Shown here piece by piece: positions 1-10,001 of a stretch of DNA of 50,456 nt. How positions within the stretch are numbered: position 1 is the stretch's first letter; every line of letters starts with the position of its first letter. Origin of the DNA: a virus (Duplodnaviria; Caudoviricetes); the IMG/VR virus record IMGVR_UViG_3300027985_000306, positions 1-50,456 of that record. One strand, 5' to 3'. A program made the position numbers and the translations under genes. The notes under the pieces are model-generated. The model was not told the DNA's origin. It saw nothing but the letters and a program-made list of their open reading frames with translations, and made no database searches.

Positions 1-2
1 CG

Positions 3-548
3 ATCGTAGCTATCAGCATAGACATGCAGACTAATGCTATCTATATCAGAGACATCGTAGCCCGGAAGATGCATCCACATGAGCTATACGCTGAGATATG
101 TGAGATGATAGTTCGCAACCGAGCCTTTGTACTGGGCGTAGAGGTTACGTCCTTACACGAGTTCATCGTTCACCCTCTTAAGAATGAGCTTCTACGGAAT
201 GGGCTTAACGTTGAGTTTATTGACCTACACGCCCGAGGAGGGGATAACGAGCGTGGCAAGATTCAGCGAATCAAACAGCTCAGCCACTACTATCGGGGTG
301 GTCTCATCTTCCATAATCCAGCAGTTTGCCCAGTCTTGGAAGGACAACTCATGTCATTTCCAAGATCAAAACGTTGGGATGTTATGGACGCCGTTGGATA
401 CTTTCCTGAGATGCTTGAGCGAGGAGAACGCTATATGCTCCCTGCACTGACCGCTGGAGAGTCTCGGGAGAGCGTGGAGAAGGAATACGAAGAACTCGAC
501 AAGGACGGTTACTACTCAGAAGCACTTGACTCATTCCACGTGATCTAA
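3..548 (+). CDS. terL: Terminase large subunit, C-terminal RNase H-like nuclease domain (5'-truncated; continues from the window end)
   Basis: Frame is open from position 3 (IVAISIDMQ...). Motifs GVE, K..RI..L, L..FP...DVMDA are typical of TerL nuclease domains. Lies directly upstream of the portal. Confidence 0.9.
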   Translation: MVAISIDMQTNAIYIRDIVARKMHPHELYAEICEMIVRNRAFVLGVEVTSLHEFIVHPLKNELLRNGLNVEFIDLHARGGDNERGKIQRIKQLSHYYRGGLIFHNPAVCPVLEGQLMSFPRSKRWDVMDAVGYFPEMLERGERYMLPALTAGESRESVEKEYEELDKDGYYSEALDSFHVI

Positions 549-2587
549 TGCCGCCTATTCTTGATCCCAACCCGCAGGAACGAGTACCTAAGAGTACTTT
601 CAAGGGACTACTCGATGTTAGTTATGACTATAACTATCCTCGGGATATGAACTTGAAGCCTGGGTCAGAGTTCCACGAGTGGCTACGTCAGCAGCTTTGG
701 TCTCGTGCTTTCAAGAGTCAGCGGACTATGAGTTGGCGCTATGACTCTTGGAAGGAGACTGATAGGTCACTAAAGGCGTATGTGCCCGCTAATTCTAAGG
801 CGGCTCAGAATATGTCTGATGGTGCTACAACCACGGATGAGGACGATCCGCTTTACAGGATCGTCCTGCCTGTGACTTACGCCAACTTGGAAACGTTGTT
901 GACATATATGGTTTCAGCCTTCCTTCAAGATCCTATCTTCAGTTATGAAGGGGCTGGGCCAGAAGACCAATATGGAGCCTTCCTCCTCACCCAACACGTC
1001 GCCCATCAGTGTAGAAAGGCTGCGGTGGGGTTGAACTTGCATACGCAATGGAGAGACGCTTTTGCTTACGGCTTCGGAGCAGTTTCTCCTATGTGGCATC
1101 AAGAACATGGGCGACGCGCTAGGGTGCAGGAGGAGGGCACTTTTGATCCTCTTACCAATTCCTTCAGAGTAACCGGCCGCCGTCGAGAGACTGTAGACGC
1201 CGTGCTGTGGGAAGGGAACAAGTTAGTCAATCTTGATCCCTACCGCTACTTCCCAGATCCCTCGCTGAGCGTAGACGCTGTGCAGGATGGAGAGTTCGTT
1301 GGTTGGTTGGATGAGACCAATTATATGAACCTCCGTGGTCGAGATACTCAGAAGAACGACTTCATCTTCAACGCGCAGTATGTACGGCACATCACTGGCA
1401 ACAGCAGTCTTAGTTCAGTTTATACTTCTGGGCGCGAGTCGGAGGTAGTGAAGGATAGAGACTCTGATGGTGTGACTCAGCCAGTTGATGTTCTGTGGAT
1501 GTACATTAACCTTATCCCTAATGAGTGGCAGTATGGGGGAAGCTCTCTTGGGAATAGCACAAAGCCTGAGAAGTGGCTGTTTGGTCTTGCTGGGGATCAG
1601 GTTATCATAGCGGCTCAACCTCTCGGACTGAATCACAACAGGTATCCAGTAGCGGTTGCAGCTCCAGACTATGACGGTTATAGTGCTGCTCCTGCTGCAA
1701 GACTTGAAATCACTCAGGACTTGCAGGCTATCATTGACTTTCTATATAGCAGCCATATTGCTAACATTCGCAAAGCTATCAACGATATGATCGTGGTCGA
1801 TCCGTCGTTGGTGAACATCTACGACCTTAACACTCCTAAACCAGGTAAGTTGATTCGTCTTCGTCGTACTGCGTGGGGTAGAGGAGGGATCGACGCCGCC
1901 GTAAAACAGCTACAAGTCAATGACGTTACCCAAAACCATACTGCCGACGCTAGCTTCCTTATGGGGTTTACACAACAAGTTATGGGTACATCCGACCAGC
2001 TACAGGGTGTACTGCCAAAGAGACGAGGGGAGCGAATCTCAGCTTCAGAAGCTCAAAACGCACGGCTCAGTGGGCTTGCTAGACTCGAAAGAGTTGCGAG
2101 AATAATCTCTCTTCAGAGTATGCAGCCGCTGGCCTATATGCTCGCTAGCCACACACAACAGTTCGCGGACCATGAACTGTATGTTAAGGTCTTAGGCGAG
2201 TGGCCTCGGCGGTTGCAGGAAGAGTACGGCGGTCAGGTAGGCAACATACAGCAGAATCGTCTGTTGGTAGATCCTATGGATATGCTGATAGACTTTGACA
2301 TAGAAGAACTTGATGGTACCATACCTGGGTCTGAAAGTGCTGAGACATGGATGCAGTTATTGCAGATTGCTTCACAGAACCCTCAGTTGCTAGCTCAGCT
2401 TAGAGTGCCTCAACTCTTCACGCACATTGCTCGTCATCTCGGTGCTAAGAACATCGAGGATTTCATCAACCGCAATCCACCTCCTATCCAAGTAGCTCCA
2501 GATGAAGAGGTGTTGAGAGAAGCAGAGAGAGGTAACTTGGTGGCGTTGTCAGGAGATGGTTCAGCTGGAGCTCCGCCGCTACAATGA
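548..2587 (+). CDS. Portal protein (podovirus type)
   Basis: 679 aa after TerL. DAFAYGFG, DPYRYFPDP and SASEA motifs and overall size match portal proteins. Confidence 0.85.
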   Translation: MPPILDPNPQERVPKSTFKGLLDVSYDYNYPRDMNLKPGSEFHEWLRQQLWSRAFKSQRTMSWRYDSWKETDRSLKAYVPANSKAAQNMSDGATTTDEDDPLYRIVLPVTYANLETLLTYMVSAFLQDPIFSYEGAGPEDQYGAFLLTQHVAHQCRKAAVGLNLHTQWRDAFAYGFGAVSPMWHQEHGRRARVQEEGTFDPLTNSFRVTGRRRETVDAVLWEGNKLVNLDPYRYFPDPSLSVDAVQDGEFVGWLDETNYMNLRGRDTQKNDFIFNAQYVRHITGNSSLSSVYTSGRESEVVKDRDSDGVTQPVDVLWMYINLIPNEWQYGGSSLGNSTKPEKWLFGLAGDQVIIAAQPLGLNHNRYPVAVAAPDYDGYSAAPAARLEITQDLQAIIDFLYSSHIANIRKAINDMIVVDPSLVNIYDLNTPKPGKLIRLRRTAWGRGGIDAAVKQLQVNDVTQNHTADASFLMGFTQQVMGTSDQLQGVLPKRRGERISASEAQNARLSGLARLERVARIISLQSMQPLAYMLASHTQQFADHELYVKVLGEWPRRLQEEYGGQVGNIQQNRLLVDPMDMLIDFDIEELDGTIPGSESAETWMQLLQIASQNPQLLAQLRVPQLFTHIARHLGAKNIEDFINRNPPPIQVAPDEEVLREAERGNLVALSGDGSAGAPPLQ

Positions 2588-2838
2588 ACGACCAAGAGAA
2601 ACATGACACGTATGCCTCTTCGATAGAGCATATCAGACGGAGTGTTTACAACGATCCGTTTTGGCATGATCTGGTTAGGTTCCTTCGGGAACAGATCGAA
2701 GAGGGCATTGTGGTTCTGAGAACATCACAAGATCTAAACCAGATCATCTTCACACAGGGAACACTGACCGCTCTTGAATCTGTCCTCCAGTTCCCAGAGG
2801 ACATAATCGCTATCCTAGACTCCGAAGCCGATGCCTGA
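2584..2838 (+). CDS. Small hypothetical protein downstream of portal
   Basis: 84 aa helical ORF, ATGA overlap with the portal stop; a small gene is common at this position in podoviruses. Confidence 0.65.
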   Translation: MNDQEKHDTYASSIEHIRRSVYNDPFWHDLVRFLREQIEEGIVVLRTSQDLNQIIFTQGTLTALESVLQFPEDIIAILDSEADA

Positions 2839-3595
2839 ACCTAACGACCCCCAAGGCCAGATCGCAGATATGCTCAACGCAGTTGAGGGTCCTAGTGATC
2901 CCGTAGAACCTTCTGCAGATCCAGTTCCGCAGCCTGAGCCTGTAGAGCCCGCTCCTGCGCCCGAACCCGAACCTCAACCGGAACCTGTAGCTCAGTCTCT
3001 TGAGGATCTAGTTGCTAGTCTCCAGACCGAGATTGCGTCGCTGAAGGCTCAATTGACTCCAAAGCCTACTCCAGAAGAGCCTCCGATTGCTGAGTCGGAC
3101 TTTCAGTTCGAGATCACGCAAGAGCAAGTCGATGAGGCGCTGTATGATCCTGGTAAGCTGCACGCTCTTCTGACTGGTCTCGTTGATCAGATGAAGAAGG
3201 AATCTCAACGGATCATCCAAGAGGTTCCTCGCGTGGTAGGAGCTACGGCGGCACGACAGGCGATCATTCAACAGACTGTCGCAACCTTCAAGGCAACACA
3301 TCCCAAACTCAACGAACCTCAACATGCGGATTATCTAGCTTGGACCACACAGCAGGTCGAGGCGGAGAATCCTGCCTGGACTCCACAGCAAGTGCTGGAC
3401 GAGACAGCAACACGCATGTACAGGAATCTCGGTATTGCTCAGGAAGCTGCTAAGATTCAAACTCAGAGCCAACAGGAAGCTGGTAAGCCTGCCTTTGCTT
3501 CCCGTCCCGGATCTAGTGCGAATCGTAGAGCTCAAGGTGATACCAGAACTCAACTGCAGAAAGAGATCGACGAGATGCTCGCTGCAATTAACTAA
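2831..3595 (+). CDS. Capsid scaffolding protein (putative)
   Basis: Pro/Glu-rich N-terminus, coiled coil, located between portal and major capsid gene. Confidence 0.7.
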   Translation: MPEPNDPQGQIADMLNAVEGPSDPVEPSADPVPQPEPVEPAPAPEPEPQPEPVAQSLEDLVASLQTEIASLKAQLTPKPTPEEPPIAESDFQFEITQEQVDEALYDPGKLHALLTGLVDQMKKESQRIIQEVPRVVGATAARQAIIQQTVATFKATHPKLNEPQHADYLAWTTQQVEAENPAWTPQQVLDETATRMYRNLGIAQEAAKIQTQSQQEAGKPAFASRPGSSANRRAQGDTRTQLQKEIDEMLAAIN

Positions 3596-3632
3596 CACGC
3601 CCCGCGTACTCACTAAATAAACCAAAAGCATC

Positions 3633-3986
3633 ATGGCGCAGTTTGCATCTCGGCAGCCAGCTCTTGGAGTTCTCTCGGAGGCTACTCCGTATGGAACTTA
3701 TGTAGAGCTTAGTGCTGCCGCTCAGCTCACTGTTCAGCAGAGGAGAGTGAAGGCAACAGCTAATACTGCTAATCCAAGCTGGACGCTCACGCTCCCGCCG
3801 GTAGTTGAAGCAGCAGGTCTCATTTTCTCAATCGTATCGGTTATTGCTGACGCTCAAGCAGTAACCGTTGCAGATGCGGGAGATGACGCCAACTTCGTTA
3901 ACCTGACGCTGGACACAACCGACGATGCAGCTTTGTTGATGTCAGACGGGAACCGTTGGTGGGTTCTCGTGAGCGACATCGCGTAA
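3633..3986 (+). CDS. Putative capsid decoration/head protein
   Basis: 117 aa beta-rich ORF (TLTLPP...LMSDGNRWWV) between scaffold and MCP, with an A-rich leader. Confidence 0.5.
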   Translation: MAQFASRQPALGVLSEATPYGTYVELSAAAQLTVQQRRVKATANTANPSWTLTLPPVVEAAGLIFSIVSVIADAQAVTVADAGDDANFVNLTLDTTDDAALLMSDGNRWWVLVSDIA

Positions 3987-4043
3987 GCCGCTAGGGTGGA
4001 GTCAGCATCCACTCCTTCTATCATCAAATAAACACTCAATATC

Positions 4044-5357
4044 ATGGCTACAATCGTTCCTTTTCTGGGGATGCGTGGCACCGGCGATTGGGTCACTAAT
4101 CAGCGTCCAGAAAGCTGGAGGATGCAGATTCTTCGACTCTACCCGAACGGTCAGGCACCCCTTACCGCTCTGCTCGCTATGGCAGGCTCTGAGGCAGTAG
4201 ATGATCCTAAGTTCCACTGGTGGACTAAGCATCTCCCTCTGCAGTCTGGAGCCATTACCGAGCTCTACACCGACGCAGGCTTGAGTTCTGCGTACTCCGC
4301 GGGGGCCGTAACAGGCACGACGCTCTTTGCTAAAGTTGCAGAGGCTGTCGCCAAGGAGTTCCGCGCTGGTCATACTGCAATGTTTCGCAAGGCAGCGGGT
4401 ACCGCTCTGGATGAGGTGGATTACCGATACGATGTTCGCGCTAAGGTAACTTCGTCTGTCCAGGCTGGAGCCAACAGCTACATTGCGCTTCGGTTGCTTC
4501 AGGACGCCAGCGCTACGTACGACCTCGACGAGGCTACGCACGTTATGGTAGTCGGCAACATCAACGCGGAAGGTGCGGAGATGCCGGACGTGATCACTTA
4601 CGATCCGGTTGAGTACGACAACGTTACTCAGATCTTCCGCACTCCTCTTTCCATCACGCGTACTGCTCGCAAGACTCGTCTGCGCACTGGCCCTGCTTAC
4701 CAGCAGGCCAAGGCCGAGGCTCTTGAGATGCACTCGATCGAGATGGAGAAAGCCCTCATGTGGGGCAAGAAGTACTCCGGTGTGGGTGCCAACGGCAAGC
4801 CTGAGCGTGCTACTGACGGTCTGGTGAACTTCATTCTCACCAACAATCCAGCCAACGTCGATGCTTACCATATCTCTGCGGACGTGGCAAGTTCTACGAC
4901 CTGGCTCAACGGTGGTGAAGATTGGCTGAACGCAAAGCTCGAAGTCATCTATCGCTATGGGTCGCCTGACAAGATGGCCCTTTGTGGTAGCAAAGTGTCT
5001 CTGGCACTGAGAGCTCTCGCTAAAGCTGGAGCTACCGTCAACATCACGCCGGTCACGGTTCAGTACGGAATCCGTCTGATGCAGTGGGACCACCAGTTCG
5101 GTACCCTGTACTTCAAGACGCATCCTCTGATGAACCACGATCCTCTGATGCGCCGAGATATGGTGATCTTCGAGCCGAAGAACATCAAGCAGCGGACCAT
5201 CGACGACACGATGTTCATCTCGGACCCAGAAGATCGTCGGAACCGGAATCACTCCAAGGACGCAACCGAAGAGGAGTTCCTCACCGAGATCGGCTTCGAG
5301 TACCACTACCCGGACACGATGGGTTATCTGTCTGGCTTCGGTGTAAACAAACCGTAA
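4044..5357 (+). CDS. Major capsid protein (DUF5309/SU10-like, HK97 fold)
   Basis: 437 aa with N.TQIFR...ITRT and E.EKALMWG motifs, strongly biased codon usage, followed by a hairpin. Confidence 0.85.
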   Translation: MATIVPFLGMRGTGDWVTNQRPESWRMQILRLYPNGQAPLTALLAMAGSEAVDDPKFHWWTKHLPLQSGAITELYTDAGLSSAYSAGAVTGTTLFAKVAEAVAKEFRAGHTAMFRKAAGTALDEVDYRYDVRAKVTSSVQAGANSYIALRLLQDASATYDLDEATHVMVVGNINAEGAEMPDVITYDPVEYDNVTQIFRTPLSITRTARKTRLRTGPAYQQAKAEALEMHSIEMEKALMWGKKYSGVGANGKPERATDGLVNFILTNNPANVDAYHISADVASSTTWLNGGEDWLNAKLEVIYRYGSPDKMALCGSKVSLALRALAKAGATVNITPVTVQYGIRLMQWDHQFGTLYFKTHPLMNHDPLMRRDMVIFEPKNIKQRTIDDTMFISDPEDRRNRNHSKDATEEEFLTEIGFEYHYPDTMGYLSGFGVNKP

Positions 5358-5359
5358 TG

Positions 5360-5416
5360 AGCGTAAGGGGGGCGGAGAGGTCAGCGGGGAATCTCTCCGC
5401 TCCCAAACGCTTTGTT
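5360..5416 (+). terminator. Stem-loop after MCP (terminator or mRNA-stabilising hairpin)
   Basis: GGGGCGGAGAG...CTCTCCGCTCCC stem closed by AGCGT/ACGCT, followed by TTTGTT. Confidence 0.6.
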
Positions 5417-5438
5417 GCGGAATAAGACATAGCAAACG

Positions 5439-6149
5439 ATGAGCTTACTAGATGTTCGAAAGAAGTTTGTGCTGTTGACAGGTCGATATGATCTTGTCAC
5501 AGATCTGACTACGTACGCGAACGTAGATCCTATCGGCGCGAACTTCTTCATTCAGGCAGGCCAGCGTATGCTAGACCGTATGTCATACGGAGGCCGACAT
5601 CATCAAGTGCGTTGGCGGACTACTCTGAATCAGGGCGAATATCTGATTCAGTCTTCCCGCCTTCGTGCTGTTAAATCAGTTCTAGTGGAGACAACTGATG
5701 AAGCGTACCACCTTGTCAAACTTCCATACGGACTACTCCGTGACACCTATGGGGGAGATGCTACGTTCGCAAGCATCGACGAAGGAGCCCCCGTCCACTT
5801 CTCCGCAGTATCAGTGCGAGACGTTGACACACCGACTACTACGACAGAGTCTCAAGCAGGGGTACTTATCCTACCGCCAGCTGATAAGTCTTATACGGTA
5901 GAGATCGACGGACTGTTCACGTCTGTTCCCTTGCTACTTGACGCGGACGAATCCTTCTGGACTGTAGCTTTTCCAGAGATCCTTATCCAAGCCGCATGGT
6001 ATGAGCTAGAGCGATATTATCGCAATAGCCAAGGTATGGTGGATCATATGGAATCTATTAAGCAAGATCTCCAAGGTATCGACTTCGACGAGGTTGAGGA
6101 GAGCATTGCTGGCCTTAATACAATGCAAGACTCCTGGCAATTCGGATGA
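5439..6149 (+). CDS. Head-tail adaptor / tail tubular protein A-like
   Basis: 236 aa after MCP; LILPPADKSYTVEI resembles podoviral adaptor proteins. Confidence 0.65.
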   Translation: MSLLDVRKKFVLLTGRYDLVTDLTTYANVDPIGANFFIQAGQRMLDRMSYGGRHHQVRWRTTLNQGEYLIQSSRLRAVKSVLVETTDEAYHLVKLPYGLLRDTYGGDATFASIDEGAPVHFSAVSVRDVDTPTTTTESQAGVLILPPADKSYTVEIDGLFTSVPLLLDADESFWTVAFPEILIQAAWYELERYYRNSQGMVDHMESIKQDLQGIDFDEVEESIAGLNTMQDSWQFG

Positions 6150-7735
6150 AGCAATTCACTTTCGAGCTTCTACCTACTCCACCTCTGGGCCTTCGTCCAG
6201 ATGCGCGAGCAGTTCGACGAGAGCGTTATCTCGTCGAGTCTTTGAACGTGCGTGGTACTGAGTATGGCTTGGAGGACTATATCCCTGTGACTGAGCCGGT
6301 TACAGGGCAGTCTATACAATTTCCTTTTCCTCAAATCATCCGTTTGTCTAGCACTACATATCTAATGCTTGCGAACGGAGTTCTTCACGAGTACAATGAT
6401 GCGACTAATCCTTGGTCTGACATCGGGCCTCTTGCTAGGTATCAGTATGACGATCCTAGCAGCGTTGCTACTCCTACAGCTCCTACTGACCAATATGATG
6501 TTGTTGATCTAGGAGACGCTTTCTATTTGTTCTCTCCTGAGCGGACTATCTTCAAGCCTAGCATGGAGACGTTCGCCGGGATGCCTCAGAAGATATTTGA
6601 GCAGAACGATGTCACAATCAACTCGGGGTGTTTCCACAAAGGGCGGGTGGTGTTCGGTGGTTTTGACAACTCCAACTTCTGGAACGACCTCTGGCAAGGA
6701 GTCTTCGCAGAATGGCAAGCCAGCTTCAACGATCTCCGACTCGAAACCAGCTTCAACGACATCGGAGCCAACTGGGTCTTCTGGTCTAGCATCGGAGGGG
6801 GAGATTTCCCTCTATGGCTCTTCTATCCGGACCTCTATTGCTCAAGTGCTATGGCTCCTACTGCCGCGAGGCTTTTAGAGCTACTAAAGCGCAACGAGCT
6901 TGGCTTTATGCAGATGCCCTTTCCTGGCACTGTTCTTTCAGTCAAAGCTCTTGGAGACAACGTGATTGTGTATGGAGATCAAGGGATAGGCGCACTAACG
7001 TTCACTCGCGCTATCCAAGAGATGCCACCAACCTACGGCTTTCGTCTTTTGTCTAGAGTCGGAGTCGTTGCACGAGACGCTGTTGGAGGTAATGATGGAG
7101 TTCATATCTTCATTGATAAGACTGGTGACCTATGGCAGCTTAGCACTGACCTTAATCTTGCAAAGCTTGGTTATAGAGAGTATCTCTACGATCTCCTCGG
7201 CGGAGACATCACTGTCAACTATAATGAACAACAACAAGAGTTTCACGTCTCTGGAGATTTCACAGCCGGAGTGTACGGCTTTCTTCTTAGGCCTCAGGGA
7301 CTTTTCCAGAACTTCCAAAGAGTCTGCTCCGGTAGTCGCTATTTGGAAGGAGGTATGGTCGGGTGGTCTAGCGACGATACAGACCCTGCGGGATTGGAGG
7401 CGAGGATTGTTACCTCACCATTCGACATGTCTACAACTGAACTCAAGACAATCACAGAGATCGGAGCAGATGTTAGATCCACCAACGATGTGTATGTAGC
7501 TATTGACTACAAATACAGTCGGAATGATGCTTGGTCCAGAGGGCCTTGGCATCTACTTAATAAGGAACGCAATGCGCGGGTGCAGGTAGCAGGGTTGGAG
7601 TTCCGAGTCGCTCTCAAGTGTGCTGCTTATGCGGGCTTTGAGTTGGACCACCTTCAAGTCCACTGGCAGCGTGATGACAAGCGTGTAACTAGAGGCCCCA
7701 ATGTTGATCCGTCTGTTGCCGGAGCAGGTGAGTAG
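6146..7735 (+). CDS. Tail nozzle / DNA-stabilisation protein (P22 gp10-like beta-propeller, putative)
   Basis: 529 aa beta-rich protein following the adaptor; assignment is mainly by synteny. Confidence 0.6.
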   Translation: MKQFTFELLPTPPLGLRPDARAVRRERYLVESLNVRGTEYGLEDYIPVTEPVTGQSIQFPFPQIIRLSSTTYLMLANGVLHEYNDATNPWSDIGPLARYQYDDPSSVATPTAPTDQYDVVDLGDAFYLFSPERTIFKPSMETFAGMPQKIFEQNDVTINSGCFHKGRVVFGGFDNSNFWNDLWQGVFAEWQASFNDLRLETSFNDIGANWVFWSSIGGGDFPLWLFYPDLYCSSAMAPTAARLLELLKRNELGFMQMPFPGTVLSVKALGDNVIVYGDQGIGALTFTRAIQEMPPTYGFRLLSRVGVVARDAVGGNDGVHIFIDKTGDLWQLSTDLNLAKLGYREYLYDLLGGDITVNYNEQQQEFHVSGDFTAGVYGFLLRPQGLFQNFQRVCSGSRYLEGGMVGWSSDDTDPAGLEARIVTSPFDMSTTELKTITEIGADVRSTNDVYVAIDYKYSRNDAWSRGPWHLLNKERNARVQVAGLEFRVALKCAAYAGFELDHLQVHWQRDDKRVTRGPNVDPSVAGAGE

Positions 7736-8141
7736 TATGTGGAAGGTTGTAGGAGCTGCCCTCGCGGAAGGCTTACCTGCAGAATACCAGACAGATACTT
7801 CTGCCATGACAGCTATTCTAACGGCTGTCCTTAAAGAAGAAGCTACAGTATGGGTGTACAGATCTCCTCAAGGAGATGGTACTACGCGAGCCTCCGCGCT
7901 CGTGTTGACTACTCTTTACCAAGCTCCAATCTTCTTCACCAAACATCTGCTGATCTACTCCTTCTATGCCTTTGAGGTATTGCCAGATGAAGCCTGGATC
8001 TCTGGCTTTGAAACTCTTCGCAAGTACGCTGAGAGTTTGAAGTTGGATAGTATCATCGCGTATACAATGCATCCAGGCATTATCAAAATGGCGAAGACTC
8101 GTTTAGGAGCTGTAGGTGATTACACTCTTCTCGAATTCTAA
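7701..8141 (+). CDS. Hypothetical protein (possible GNAT-like fold, position of P22 gp14)
   Basis: 146 aa between nozzle and ejection genes. Confidence 0.45.
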   Translation: MLIRLLPEQVSSMWKVVGAALAEGLPAEYQTDTSAMTAILTAVLKEEATVWVYRSPQGDGTTRASALVLTTLYQAPIFFTKHLLIYSFYAFEVLPDEAWISGFETLRKYAESLKLDSIIAYTMHPGIIKMAKTRLGAVGDYTLLEF

Positions 8142-8152
8142 ACAACACGGCA

Positions 8153-9973
8153 ATGGGTGGATCTGGATCAAGTGGAGAGATCAAAATTCCTGACTACATT
8201 CGAGCCGGTCACTACATGTGGCTCACAGGCTGGGATGATGAGGCAGGAGCTGCCGATGATCCTAGGCCAGCTTTGACTGGGCGCTCCATTGGAGAGATCA
8301 TGGGCTCGGGCAGTGGGCCTATAGGTATCGCTCAGAACCCGTTCATTCAGGGTTATGCTGGTGGACCTTTTGGCTCTACTGCTGTAGCTCTAACTAGTCC
8401 TGCTGCTGCATGGCAGACTATGGACGATAGAATCACTGTCCTTGGAGGTATCAACGAACAAGTAGTAGATGCAGATGCTGAGACTGATTGGACAGCTCTT
8501 CTAGCTAATGCAGTTGAGCAGGTAGATGTAGAGGGACGTATCGCAGCCATCGTACTTTCTACGCTAATTGAAACTGCTAGTGGTGCTGCTGACGATGAGC
8601 TTGCTCTAGTAAAGGCTGACCTTGTACGAGAGACTGGCATCTCGGAGACAACAGAATGGAATGCCTTCATAGCAGCTATCAAAGCTAAGGCTGATGAAGA
8701 AGGCATGTTGTCAACTATTAGTTTCGCTGGAATTGAGACAGCAGCTAGGACTAGTGCAGACGCTGTATACGACGCTGCCGTCGCTCTTGGCATTGGAGGC
8801 ACGGGTCTCAATGAGATTCCAGACTGGCAAGGTCTGGTAGACGCTGTTGTAGCGAAGTTGCAAGAGTGCGGTGTGCTAAAGAATATTGACATTGCTAGTC
8901 TCTTCCAACTTGCTCTGGTAGAGGCTAGCGACTCAATCGAAGAGGGTATCAGGAAGGCTAATGAGATCATAGATACTGAACTGCTCCAACCTGTAATCGA
9001 CGCTTACGATCAGCGCGTTTCTTATCAGAGAGCTCGACGTGTCAACGAGTTCACTGGTCTCATGGCTGATATAGGTGCTGTACAATCTAGCGCATTCCTA
9101 ATGGGCATGGCGCTCTTGCAAGCTCAGTATCAAGCAGACGTGAATGCTTTCGGAGCAAACCTGACGCTGGAAACCTACAAGCAGGCCATCCCTCTTCATA
9201 GTCAAAACCTTAGTAACTTCTTCCAACTTGGAGTTCAGTCCAGCGGTGAGAATGTTCGTAATCGGAGTCAGCTGTTCATCCAGAGTATGCAGAACATGGT
9301 GGACATGCAGATTAACAGAACTCGATTTGAGCAATCTCTGATCGCACTCTTCAGCGATATTGACAAAACCCATATTGCTGGAGACTTGCAAGCTGAAACT
9401 ACTAATAAGCAAGGACGAGATGAGTTCATTCGTTCTGGTGCTAATGGCTTTATCCAGATGTTCATTAACAAGATCCAATATGAACAGACACTAATGCGCC
9501 TGCATACACAAGTGTTTCTGGACATACTTGATCGAGAACTTCGTGCTGCTCAGACCAACAAGATCCAGCGAGAGCAGGCCCTGTCTCAAGGCATTGACCA
9601 CATGCGCCAGCTTAAGCAGTTTAATCTGCAAGCTGAGAAGGAGGTTGTGTCGATGCGTAATGAGTTGAGCAAATGGCAGCATGTTGGACTTCTTGAGAAA
9701 GAACAGCAGGACTGGGAACTTCGAGCTAAAGCTGAACTCTGGCCTTTGGAAGTTTATGCTAGAGCCGTACAGATTCTAACAACTGCTGCTACAGGTGCGG
9801 CTTTCGTGCCCCATCAACCTAGTCGAACGTCAAGTATCCTTGCGGGTGCTCTTGGTGGGGCGGGAACTGGAGCAGCTACTGGAGCAGCCATTGGAGCAGC
9901 TGGTGGACCTATAGGTGCGGGAGCCGGAGCCCTAATAGGTCTTCTACTTGGTGGTCTTGCTGGCGCTTTCTAA
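8153..9973 (+). CDS. Internal virion / DNA ejection protein
   Basis: MGGSG start, helical body, C-terminal glycine-zipper hydrophobic segment (GALGGAGTGAATGAAIG...). Confidence 0.65.
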   Translation: MGGSGSSGEIKIPDYIRAGHYMWLTGWDDEAGAADDPRPALTGRSIGEIMGSGSGPIGIAQNPFIQGYAGGPFGSTAVALTSPAAAWQTMDDRITVLGGINEQVVDADAETDWTALLANAVEQVDVEGRIAAIVLSTLIETASGAADDELALVKADLVRETGISETTEWNAFIAAIKAKADEEGMLSTISFAGIETAARTSADAVYDAAVALGIGGTGLNEIPDWQGLVDAVVAKLQECGVLKNIDIASLFQLALVEASDSIEEGIRKANEIIDTELLQPVIDAYDQRVSYQRARRVNEFTGLMADIGAVQSSAFLMGMALLQAQYQADVNAFGANLTLETYKQAIPLHSQNLSNFFQLGVQSSGENVRNRSQLFIQSMQNMVDMQINRTRFEQSLIALFSDIDKTHIAGDLQAETTNKQGRDEFIRSGANGFIQMFINKIQYEQTLMRLHTQVFLDILDRELRAAQTNKIQREQALSQGIDHMRQLKQFNLQAEKEVVSMRNELSKWQHVGLLEKEQQDWELRAKAELWPLEVYARAVQILTTAATGAAFVPHQPSRTSSILAGALGGAGTGAATGAAIGAAGGPIGAGAGALIGLLLGGLAGAF

Positions 9974-10001
9974 TCTCTGTTACACCGTAATACATAGAGC
10001 A

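Noticed and set aside
4002-5435. 477-aa ORF antisense to the major capsid gene, and similar shadow ORFs such as 8353-8970, 29971-30633 and 39769-40320
   Set aside because: These mirror strongly codon-biased genes on the opposite strand, show no protein motifs and run against the local transcription direction.
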